NCBI GenBank assembly: GCA_977020255.1
Contig: CDROCS010000703.1
Location: 62,001-126,000, forward strand
Direction: 5' to 3'
From: Obrimoposthia wandeli
Lineage: Eukaryota
DNA length: 64,000 nt
In this document: positions 52,929 through 63,840 of the stretch, one piece after another
Layout: every line of letters begins with the position of its first letter
Numbering within the stretch: the stretch's first letter is position 1
Notes under the pieces: generated by a model
The model's input: only the letters and a program-made list of their open reading frames with translations
Told to the model about the DNA's origin: nothing
The model's database searches: none
Position numbers and translations under genes: made by a program

Positions 52929-53165
52929 TTACATAGTTTTCCTTTTGCAATTCTTTCTGGATAAATTTATTCTTTCAATTGTCACAGGATTTACTAATGC
53001 AATCAGTTGAGCCTTATTCAAGAATCTGACTTTGTATTTGAAATATTGTTTTACTTCTTCATACATATCCTTATCCGATTCTTCAAACATTTCTATATCT
53101 TCATCACCGCTTAATATCCGTTGGCTATCATCCATCATTGATAATTGTCTTTGATATGAATGCAT
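52929..53165 (-). CDS. orphan Maverick-associated ORF
   Basis: 78-aa ORF transcribed divergently from the ATPase across a CCAAT-rich interval. Confidence 0.5.
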   Translation of the reverse strand: MHSYQRQLSMMDDSQRILSGDEDIEMFEESDKDMYEEVKQYFKYKVRFLNKAQLIALVNPVTIERINLSRKNCKRKTM

Positions 53166-53454
53166 TTATTATGATTTGTCCTCTAATGGCGCATTCTTTT
53201 ATACTAATTTGTAACAAGGACATGAATCTCATTGGTTAATATAACTAAAGTAGTGAATTTGATTGGACTAAATTCATATACCAAATCGAAATTGATTGGA
53301 AGAAATATATCATCCAATTATAATAGGTTTGCAAGATAATTACAAAAAATGTGCAATAAAAAAGCAGGTTCAGACATATATAAAGAAGATTTTATAGAAT
53401 ACAATTTTATTCCAATGAAACTCGTAAATAAAAATTATAAAGGTAGAATAGAAG

Positions 53455-53885
53455 ATGATGTTTCGTACTTACCATTCTAGTTTCAAAAATATTTATTGGC
53501 ATCATAGTGGAGGAGGGGAAAGCGGATTAACCAAAACAGAAGTTTGCAAGTTGAAGGGAATAAAATTTTATAAAGGTTTGGATGCAAATTGGTGTGAAAG
53601 ATTGAAAAAAGAAGATGTAATAATAATTAATGATTTGTATCAGGAAGCTAACAAGGAATCGGACTTTAATAATTTATTTACAAAGATTGCAAGAAATCGT
53701 GAAGTAACATTTATATTTATCACTCAAAATTTTTTTCACCAAGGAAGTCATCATATAACAATAAATCTTAATGTACATTAATTAGTTTTATTTAAAAATC
53801 CTAGAGATCAAACAGTGTAGATTTCATAGCCAGACAGGCATTTCCCCAAAATAAGAACTTTCTATTTGTTTCATTCTATGATGCT
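53455..53885 (+). pseudogene. Maverick/Polinton packaging ATPase (FtsK-HerA/A32-like), Walker A deleted
   Basis: VIIINDL (Walker B region), TFIFITQNFF, INLNVH*LVLFKNPRD, then ARQAFP. Confidence 0.85.
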
Positions 53886-54294
53886 GTAGCCTTCCTCTGC
53901 CGCGGAACTTTCTTCAATTTTTCCTCTTTCTCACGCTGAAGCTGGCGTGAGAGGGCATCATGCTGCCCTCGTGAATCTGGAAATATTACCGGTTCCGGAG
54001 TATCCAGTTCCGCAAGGAATTCGTCCAATCCAGCTTCATCCCAGTCCCTCTTCAAGTTCTCCCTAAATTTTGGCTTATACTCAATGAAGCCGGTGCCGTC
54101 TTCTGCAGGCGTCGTTGACTAGGTGGCGACTAATCTCCATTGGAGAGACTAGTATCTTCTCGTAAAAAAATGGGCCTGTCGTCCACTGGAGATAGGAGAA
54201 TCTGCTGCTGGCCAATCACCGCCTCATAAGAAATGAGCATTGTGGTGCGACATTTTCTCGAGTGTTTGGTCTTCCGCACCTCTGCTCGCTTTTT

Positions 54295-54893
54295 GGGGCA
54301 CTCTGGTAAGCTCATAAGCTTTGTTTCCAGCTGACTTTACTAGCCTGATATTAACAGTTAGTCTGCATTCTTCTATTATGGTTTTCAATAGTGTCAGTTG
54401 CCTATGCGCTAGTGCCGATCCAAGACCATGCGTTTTTACTCGTTTGTCTGCTGATGTAATTGACTTTACCCAGCCATGGACCGTAGACGAATCTGTATAA
54501 ATAAGAATTCACGACAGCCTCCATTTGATCGCACAATTAAGTCCTTTGACAACTGCTTCTAATTCTGCCAAATTGATATGAGAGGAGTCATCTTCCTTCC
54601 GCAACCAACTGAAGTCTTCAACTACCGAACCATCAATTTCTACTACGACTTCCATTGCGAGACTGCTAGCATCACACCATACTGTTCCTTCGATCGTATC
54701 AGTCACTCTCCAGACTCCTCGCATAGGATCGTTTTCAGAAACACGTTCCTCAATTTCTTTCAGCTTTCAACGAATTTACTCTCAACGTTGTCTTCCCAAT
54801 TAGTACTGTTTGTCAATCTTTTCAAATAACTACACGCCGGTCTCAACCATCCAGCTTTGGGAAAGTGTCCAATCATCTGACCGCAGTAGGGGG
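54295..54893 (-). pseudogene. Ty3/Gypsy pol fragment: RT connection and RNase H
   Basis: CGQMIGHFPKAGWLRPACSYLKR; VWCDASS...HINLAELEAV; TDSSTV...NKA.ELTRVP. Confidence 0.9.
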
Positions 54894-54954
54894 ATGTGGC
54901 ACTTCTGGCACAAAAAAAGGTATGTACCCCTGGGAGTACCCGTATAAGCGAATG

Positions 54955-55200
54955 TATGTGTAACGTAATAGTATATGTGCACCGCACAACGGTGTGTGTG
55001 TTGCGTAATAACATGTGTGTCACGTAACAGTATGCGTGTATTACGTGATAGTATGATTGTGTTACGTAATTACGTACTAGTATGCGCTTATTACATCATA
55101 AGGTGTGTGTATTACGTACCGAGACGGTGTGTATTTGTGAGTGTGTTGCGTCATAGTGTTGTGTGTTGCGTCGTCTGTGTTGCCATGGCAACCGCAGCAC
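54955..55200. promoter_or_regulatory. cluster of bZIP-like sites (TTACGTAA, TTGCGTAA, TTGCGTCA) and a perfect X-box palindrome
   Basis: GTTGCCATGGCAAC at 55179-55192; TTACGTAA at 55062-55069; repeated ACGT/GCGT cores. Confidence 0.4.
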
Positions 55201-56199
55201 GTGCTCTACTTTTGTTTTAATCTTCAAATTTTCACGCGACTTTTAAAATTTTCCGACATTTTGAAATTTTTGAAACAATTAAAATTTACAAAGAAATATT
55301 TTTAAAATTAAACTTTTTTATAAAGAAATTTTCAGAATAATAATTTACATAGAAATTTACAATTAGTCAAATAATTATCAGCTAGATAATTTTTACACAG
55401 TTGTGAATATGAATTAAATCTATTAGTCGTTGAATTAAATTTAATGTATATAGTATAATTTTTAAAGTAAATAGTAGTTAATATACAGTTGTAGTAGTAT
55501 TCTTATAGTGTTAATTTTAAAGTTATTAAACTATTATCTAAATAATAATTAACATCAGATTTAATGTTGAAATTATTTTGTTAAATGAATACATGTTAGT
55601 ATGAACCTTGACTTTTCATATGCAAAACTTGTATCTTACGTAACTAAATGTCAATACATGTGCATATGCTAAACCAAATAAATTGATCAAGAAGATTATA
55701 TAAGAAAACCTTTTATCATTTTTTATCATTATTTTAAAATGGAATCAATGTTACAATGTTAGCTCATATATTGGAGAGCGGCTGTTCACTGGAAGAGAAA
55801 ATAGAGCTGATAGGGCCATTTCTCAAGAAAGAAGCACTGGAGCCTAGAGAACAACCCGGATTTCTCTGCTTCTGGAGTGATGAAACCCCAGCATCCTTCC
55901 ACACCCAAGTTGGAAGTAGATGATCTACATGAGAATGCATCATCAGTCCTCTTTAGGACTTTTTGTTTTTAAAATAAATTTTAGTTATTTTATGAGTTTT
56001 CTTCTTTATTTAATATTTATTGTCTTTGACTCCAATGATAAAATAATTTTAAATGTATATGTTTTCTATTTTTAAAATAAGGTTACATCATATTTATATT
56101 AATACGTGTGTGTGTGTGTTTGATCTTTAATACCTCACAAATAATTCTTATAAAAATCTGATATAAAATATGTAAATTACATAAGGATAAATATTTATT

Positions 56200-56615
56200 A
56201 AATCATTAAAATTCAGTCAATATTCCATCAATAATCTTCTATACCGGGGTTACAATTCCACAGGTACTGACTTTGTATCCTTGAATTCTTATGCATAGAG
56301 ACCATTGCTTTGCTGAAGGAATTTCATTAACAATAATTCCATTCTCACGCTTGAAAATAGCTTCATTTCCTTTGATTATAAATTTTTGTTTTCTTGAATT
56401 TGATATTTGATTCCAAGTTGTTTGAAAAAGTTATTGATTCGGTCTACATCTACTGAATTCAAATTTAAAACATGATAGACAAATTTAAGCTTCTCTACAC
56501 TAGCAGGGAAAATAAAATTATAATTCTGAGGTTTCTTCAAAAAGTGCATCTCATATGCGTAATAATTATGAACTCGTTGATAAAGATCTTCCTCATTCAT
56601 ATTGGCGGTATACAT
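56200..56615 (-). pseudogene. orphan gene divergent from the TBP-like gene, frameshifted
   Basis: ORF 56376-56615 continues in a shifted frame as FIIKGNEAIFKRENG...CIRIQGYKVSTCGIVTPV. Confidence 0.45.
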
Positions 56616-56745
56616 AATTATTACAGATAATAATATAAAATAATCAATTGTTTATCCTATAATTCTCTATTCTAATTGGATAACAATAATAATATTGATT
56701 TTTCAATTTAGTATAAAAGACTGAACTTGTTTATATTATTAAAAC

Positions 56746-57286
56746 ATGTTTCTTCACAATAATAAATTAGTGAATATCAATTATAAGGGAAAGGTCAAAG
56801 GTTGTATCAAGGATTTACCATTTCGCACTTCAAAACCGCATCAGTATCGACACAAATGCGCAGATTATACGTTAATAATTTTCAAAACTGATACATAATT
56901 TTATATTAAAATATTAATTATAATATTTAGGCTCGTGTAGAATAATGGGTTGTAAAGCAAAATTAGATGAAAGCAAGTTGCCATTTAATATAAAAATTGA
57001 AAGAATTCAATCAATCACTGTTAGTACAAATTTCAAAGAAGCGCTAAACCTGAGCAAGCTGAGCAAAAGTATGGGAATTGAAGCTGTCTATGAACCAGAA
57101 ATATTTCCAGGACTGCGATATATCAACTATAATTCGCTATGCGTAAATATTTTCGCAAGCGGCAAGATTATGATATTAGGTATAAAAACTCTAGACTATG
57201 AATATTTTATTGACACAATTTTGTATAATATATCTTCTCATACTTGTATTTTTCTTATTCACTCATCTGATTTGCATTTATATTGA
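56746..57286 (+). pseudogene. divergent two-repeat TBP-like protein (~166 aa) with a 40-nt intron whose donor reads AT
   Basis: Exon 56746-56890 plus 56931-57286 gives YTLIIFKTG/SCRIMG (repeat 1) and YEPEIFPGL...VNIFASGKIMILG (repeat 2). TATAAAAG at 56712. Confidence 0.8.
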
Positions 57287-57449
57287 TTTATTTTATATAA
57301 CAAAGCTTATTTAGTTCTAATATAAAGATGAATGAAGTGATTGTTGATGATGTTCCAATTAAATCTACTCCAGATAATGTGTCTCATACCGCAATCAAAG
57401 TAATTCCTTATAATATAAGATAAAATAAAATAATCTAACTTTTTAAAAG

Positions 57450-57990
57450 ATGGAAAAAGTAAATGAAGAAACAGAATCAGAAGCAGTAACACCGGGAAGA
57501 ACAGAATATGCTATGGTTATTGAAGAGCATCGATTGAAATTTTTAAATTGATTATATTTAATAGAGCATATAATAACCGATGCTTCTAGTATGGAAATGA
57601 ACCATATGAGACGTATTTTTAATATATTGTTTAATTCTAGATATTGTCAACTTTATAAAAAAAGGTTAGTCAGGACAAAAATTAGTGAAATTCTAACAAA
57701 TAAACTTTATATTGGTAATTATCGTGATGGGTTTAATGAAACTAGTCTACTCAAATTCGGATTTACTCATGTTATCAATACATCTCCTTCAGATCATATT
57801 CAATATAAAGAACTAAAGTTTATATCTGTTTTCATCAAAAAGAGAGAAACAGTGATGAAGTATTATAAACTAACTAATAGTATTATTCAGGAAAATATCG
57901 AAAACTGAGGAAATGTTTTAGTTTGTGGACATTATGGGATTGATCTCTCTGTGGGTTTTGTTATTCTAATCTTCTAATCTTCGATTCTAA
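57450..57990 (+). pseudogene. dual-specificity phosphatase-like gene, degenerate
   Basis: ISEILTNKLYIGN, FGFTHVIN, then after a stop GNVLVCGHYGIDLS at the HCxxGxxRS position. In-frame stops at ~57547 and ~57906. Confidence 0.75.
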
Positions 57991-59900
57991 ACCCATACTT
58001 TAATAACATATTGATAACCTCTTAAGTAGATACTATCTCTTCATTAACAACTATATCATCTACGTAAAAATCCGTTTCACTCGCCACCGTCTGATCCATT
58101 GACAAAACCCTCCCTACGATTTCAGACATAATCTTTGGAGCTACGTTGAGTCCAAAACCAAGACGCGTTAAACAGTATCGAACTCCTATGTAAACTACAA
58201 CCTGATACTTCCACAAACTTGGGTCAACATGGAATTGTAAATAAGCCTTCCTTAAATACACAATGCTCAAGTTGTCTCCCAATCTCCTCCATTCTCTCAG
58301 CTTTTCACCACATACTTCACTTTGAGATGTATGGCTTGAAACATAATCGTTAAGCTCTCGGTAATCCATCACATGACGAACTTTTCCTTTGTTTTGCTGT
58401 GGAACGGCCATGGAAGGTATTACACCAGTGTGCTCACCATCATGCTTTCTCAGCCAACCTTGTTCTATCCATTCTTCAATCTCTTCTTCAAATTGATTTA
58501 GTACCTCATCCTTTACCCGATATTGACTCACCTGGTTCTGTAGAGCTGGCTTCACGATTCCTTCTTTCCAAACCCATCTCACGATTCATCTTCCATTCTC
58601 GAACTTTGCATGGAAATCCTTATCCACGACATCCACGACTTCTCCCTGAATGGGATTCTTCATTCCTCCTTCATGTACACAAGTTTCATTCTTTGACTTG
58701 AATGTACTATTCACTGTAGAACCACATCCAACTTTTCTTCCATCGCACAATCAACTGTTGGCTTTAAAGAGTTTGTCCGAAAGTACATTCACATGAGCAT
58801 CAAGGCCAACAGACATAATTGATTTGGCCAAACCTAACATTCTTTCCATCACCCCTTACCCAAATCTCACCAAGTATATTGACAGCATCTATTCCCAACA
58901 ACATGTCATAGCCAGGTACTATACGAGAAACGATGCAATTTAGCCGAATTTTACGTCCATTGACATTAACTTCACATTCCATGCACGTCCTCGAATCTAC
59001 ACTTTTTCCGTTCATTAATGTTGTGTTATGATCAAAATTTGTGATTGATCCTTTGACTGTCAACGCATCCGAAAGAATAGATCTCAAACATCCCGTATCA
59101 ACCATTGCTCTTAAAGCTTTAGTTCCAACATGGATGGTAACAGTTGGAATATACGCCGTATCATTGGGAGAGCCACTGGTGCATACGGACTCCCTTAGTG
59201 GTTTTTTGATTCTCGTTTGGGACATACTGGCGCCAAGTGACCAACTATATTACAGATGTAGCATCTGCGTTTTTCTTCCACATAGCAGTTTCTAGAAACA
59301 TGGCCTTCATCTCCACATCGGAAGCACTTGATTCCTGAATTAATTATCCTTTTTCTACGATGAGCTGCGATAGCTCCAACTTGGCAGATACCTTCAATTT
59401 TAATTTGTTTAGTCATCCTAGTCCGGGCTTCAGCTATAACTTGCTCTAAGGAACAGTTTCCACACTTCATCGAAATTTCCAGAGCTTCTGAAGTGTCTGA
59501 AGGCAGGCCAGCGACTAGCGCCAATATTACAATGTTATCTCCCATACCAATCTTTGATGATAAATCTTTCAATTCCAACACAAACCGATCGACTGATTCT
59601 CCGAAGTATCACTTCCTTTGACTGAATCGCTTAAACGCCTCGAGCTGACCTATCCCATAGGTATCTCTTAATCGATTCATAATTGATTCTGCGTCCTTAT
59701 TTTCGTATTCTTCTAAGTTGATAAATATCAAAAAGGCTTCACCTTTCATTCTCAACGGAATAATTGAACTTAATTTTTTCTCCAGTCCTAGCAGATTGGC
59801 CTTCAGTTTTATCTCACTAATCCACTCATCCACATTCGACGTCCCATAGAAAATACTGATGGTCTTCAATTCCTTCATAGCCGAAATAGCTTGTAGACAA
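57975..59900 (-). mobile_element. Ty3/Gypsy retrotransposon 5' part: gag, 2x CCHC knuckle, protease, RT (degenerate)
   Basis: CFRCGDEGHVSRNC and CYICNIVGHLAPVC; MVDTGC...LLGID; VMDYRELN, RLGFGLNVAP and YVDD. Confidence 0.92.
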
Positions 59901-60149
59901 ATTGTAAATCCAAGATGGCTTGAAAAAAGATATATTTAAATTCTGCCGTTACACGGATTATATAATATTAAAACAAGACTTCAAACAACATAATATCTAG
60001 TAAAGTGGCATGATCATTCTACTCCAACGTGGTTTCAGTCAAATCAGATCGAAAGTAACTTTATGTGACTTGACCATCAAATGGTTGAGAAAAAACAACC
60101 TTATAATAATGCTACAATTTATAAATTTGCTATAAAACTTGGTGATGAC

Positions 60150-60530
60150 TGTTGTAATGTTGTCCACTAAGTATAGTCCCAAATGTATCACGTATTTGTT
60201 GGCATTGCCTGTATAAAACTGAATTTTTATTTACAATTTAAAGCCCTATTTTCGAAAGAAATGGAAATATATATTTTTGGGCAGAAATTAAAGATTGAAC
60301 TCCAGTTGATAGAGGAAAAACTACATGTATACTATAAATTCGATTTAATGGTAAAGGTAATGAACGCAATTCACTGCAAAGTCTGCGATAAGGCTCAAAA
60401 ACGCATATGATCAAATATACGTATACCCTAGTACTGTAGATTCGATATTAATAAAATGCTATTGCAAACTATATGGGTAGATTCTAAAACAAGTTATGGG
60501 GATGAGATGAATTTTTGAATCGTTATACCA
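60150..60530 (+). pseudogene. possible protein-primed PolB remnant (endonuclease-like segment)
   Basis: KYSPKCITYL, E.YIFGQKLKI...YYKF...HCKVC and a later WG*DEF resemble a YS..SI.WL / YEF.GC..H.C..C / WECEF series; weak. Confidence 0.35.
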
Positions 60531-60624
60531 ATGTACTTGCTTTTTTCAACAGGTTCTATAAACAATTTCAAAATTTCTAGAATTTACATGAAGGGTTAAA
60601 ACAAAATTAACTTTAGATTTAAAA

Positions 60625-62421
60625 CCCTCGTGAGTATATCCCTCGTGAGTATATCCCTCGTGAGTATATCCCTCGTGAGTATATCCCTCGTGAGTCTATC
60701 CCTCGTGAGTATATCCCTCGTGAGTATATCCCTCGTGAGTCTATCCCTCGTGAGTATATCCCTCGTGAGTCTATCCCTCGTGAGTATATCCCTCGTGAGT
60801 ATATCCCTCGTGAGTATATCCCTCGTGAGTATATCCCTCGTGAGTATATCCCTCGTGAGTATATCCCCCCGTAGTATATCCCTCGTGGGTACATCCCCCG
60901 TGAGTATATCCGTCGTGAGTATATCCCTCGTGAGTATATCCCTCGTGAGTATATCCCTCGTGAGTATATCCCTCGTGAGTATATCCCTCGTGAGTATATC
61001 CCTCGTGAGTATATCCCTCGTGAGTATATCCCTCGTGAGTATATCCCTCGTGAGTATATCCCTCGTGAGTATATCCCTCGTGAGTATATCCCTCGTGAGT
61101 ATATCCCTCGTGAGTATATCCCTCGTGAGTATATCCCTCGTGAGTATATCCCTCGTGAGTATATCCCTCGTGAGTATATCCCTCGTGAGTATATCCCTCG
61201 TGAGTCTATCCCTCGTGAGTATATCCCTCGTGAGTATATCCCTCGTGAGTATATCCCTCGTGAGTATATCCCTCGTGAGTATATCCCTCGTGAGTATATC
61301 CCTCGTGAGTATATCCCTCGTGAGTATATCCCTCGTGAGTATATCCCCCGTGAGTATATCCCTCGTGAGTATATCCCTCGTGAGTATATCCCTCGTGAGT
61401 ATATCCCTCGTGAGTATATCCCTCAGTGAGTCTATCCCTCGTGAGTATATCCCTCGTGAGTATATCCTCGTGAGTATATCCCTCGTGAGTCTATATCCTC
61501 GTGAGTATATCCCTCGTGAGTATATCCCTCGTGAGTATATCCCTCGTGAGTATATCCCTCGTGAGTATATCCCTCGTGAGTATATGACTCGTGAGTATAT
61601 CACCCGGGAGTATATCCCTCGTGAGTATATCCTCGTGAGTATATCCCTCGTGAGTATATCCTCGTGAGTATATCCCTCGTGAGTATATCCCTCAGTATAT
61701 CCCTCGTGAGTATATCCCTCGTGAGTATATCCCTCGTGAGTATATCCCTCGTGAGTATATCCCTCGTGAGTATATCCCTCGTGAGTATATCCCTCGTGAG
61801 TATATCCCTCGTGAGTATATCCCTCGTGAGTATATCCCTCGTGAGTCTATCCCTCGTGAGTATATCCCTCGTGAGTATATCTCTCGTGAGTATATCCCTC
61901 GTGAGTATATCCCTCGTGAGTATATCCCTCGTGAGTATATCCCTCGTGAGTATATCCCTCGTGAGTATATTCCTCGTGAGTATATCCCCCGTGAGTATAT
62001 CCCTCGTGAGTATATCCATCGTGAGTATATCCCTCGTGAGTATATCCCTCGTGAGTATATCCCCCGTGAGTATATCCCTCGTGAGTATATCCATCGTGAG
62101 TATATCCCTCGTGAGTATATCCCTCGTGAGTATATCCCTCGTGAGTATATCCCTCGTGAGTATATCCCTCGTGAGTATATCCCTCGTGAGTATATCCCTC
62201 GTGAGTATATCCCTCGTGAGTATATCCCTCGTGAGTATATCCCTCGTGAGTATATCCCTCGTGAGTATATCCCTCGTGAGTATATCTCTCGTGAGTATAT
62301 CCCTCGTGAGTATATCCCTCGTGAGTATATCCCTCGTGAGTATATCTCTCGTGAGTATATCCCTCGTGAGTATATCTCTCGTGAGTATATCCCTCGTGAG
62401 TATATCCCTTGTGAGTATATC
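60625..62421. repeat. 15-bp satellite (CCCTCGTGAGTATAT)n, ~120 copies
   Basis: Direct inspection; highly homogeneous. Confidence 0.98.
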
Positions 62422-62676
62422 TGATACGTAGAGTGCGAGTCAGCATAGACAACAGTATGGTTTAAGTTGGGTTTAAAAATTTAGTCAAATTGCTTTTCCA
62501 CTATAGAAGGGAATGGGGTGTATAGGTGTAAAAACTCCACAAAGTAGACAAGAATCCTGTATTAACAATCTTTTCCACAAATTGTATGAATGCAGTTGAT
62601 GATATGATACCTGGAGCTAAGATGGAAGCCGGTGGAGCATGTACTGTAGTGGCTGCCGTTCTACTATGAACAAACA

Positions 62677-62960
62677 TTGAAAAAAGACTATATTTGCTTA
62701 AATGTGGCTTGTGGAAAATCTGAACTCTGTATATTTGATCGAGCACCAGCACAAATATTTGTTGAAAATGCTAGTTTCGAAGATATTTATCCAACCAACA
62801 ACATCATCGGTAGCGACATTTTCGAGATTATGTTTAAAATTCCAGGATCTGGTGTGAATGTCAAGATTTTAATGACTGTTTCGTGTTGCTGAAAATAAAA
62901 ATACTGAAAGCTCATGGGACCACCATCGACGTTGCAGATCATGTAGTTTCAATGTAAATT
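62677..62960 (+). pseudogene. Maverick/Polinton major capsid protein (double jelly-roll) N-terminal fragment
   Basis: KSELCIFDRAPAQIFVENASFEDIYPT...IMFKIPGSG, then in a shifted frame LKIKILKAHGTTIDVADHV. Resembles the Polinton MCP start KSELDLF..PPTQ....E..P.....F.I.G. Confidence 0.7.
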
Positions 62961-63084
62961 TCAATGAACAATACAATTGTTGAAAATAACTTTTAAGAGT
63001 TTGATAATTTCAGTTTTGTTTATTATGTTGCTAAATATTAAATATGGAATATGTTTTTAGAGAATACTTCTCATGGAGTTTCTC

Positions 63085-63587
63085 AGGATGGATTTTAGCT
63101 CACTTAGTACCCCCTCCACCCAAGGGGTTGTGGTCATCCATATATGAAGTGTTTGGTTCAGTTAGGACTTAAAGGTTTGAAGGTATGGTTGAGGTCAACT
63201 ATGGTTGGCCATCATATCTACAGGGTTACAATTGTCCATAAATGAAGGGGTTTAAAATATCAAAGTTTGAGTATTTTAGTTAAGATCATCTTTAGAGGGC
63301 GAATTCAACCATAATGGTATGGTCGACCATAAATGAAAGAGTCTAAAAATGTTGGAATTTAAAAGTTTTAAATACATAGTTATGGTTGTCATAAATTTGT
63401 GCGTTTAACCATGTAACTTCAAAGCTTCATAACCTTTCTCAGTCAGACCCCTATGGTGTATCCAGCCATCCTTGGGATGTTACGCAACCACGTATGGTAT
63501 GATGTAATCACATTCACTTCCGGCTGGTGTGCGCGTACGGGGGAGGGTGTACTAAGAGGGCTTGACTCCATTCTTCCACCTATTTCG
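63085..63587. mobile_element. degenerate ~500-bp family-B mini-element
   Basis: 63430-63587 is homologous to 51910-52112; 63120-63400 is the reverse complement of the 51300-51600 subterminal repeats. Ends are imperfectly inverted. Confidence 0.6.
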
Positions 63588-63840
63588 GATGTAGAAAGTA
63601 TCAATCAAACTCTGAATTGAATGGAGAATAAATATTCATTAGATAAGTTATTCTTCCATATACGATGTGAAGACTTTTATGACCGTTTTAGAACACAGAC
63701 TCAAGGTTTTGAAAACGGTGAAAAGTGGTGTGTTGCAGAGACCTCTTGAAAATTCAATTTGATCATAAATCTCTTTAATTGTTTCTAATAAATTTTGTCA
63801 TGTATTATAAACAAATTATTTTATATTAATATGTATTATG

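Larger units (their letters stand above)
52197..54300. mobile_element. Maverick-like copy: family-A TIR, two minus orphan ORFs, divergent promoter, ATPase and disordered-gene tail
   Basis: Begins AGTAGGTGGATGTGTCCGGTCTAATCCACCCCC at 52197; contains the ATPase; 53888-54300 is homologous to 3440-3900. Confidence 0.85.

Noticed and set aside
60596-62452. Long ORFs (DILTR, SISLV and GYTHE repeats)
   Set aside because: Translation of a 15-bp satellite; no coding evidence.
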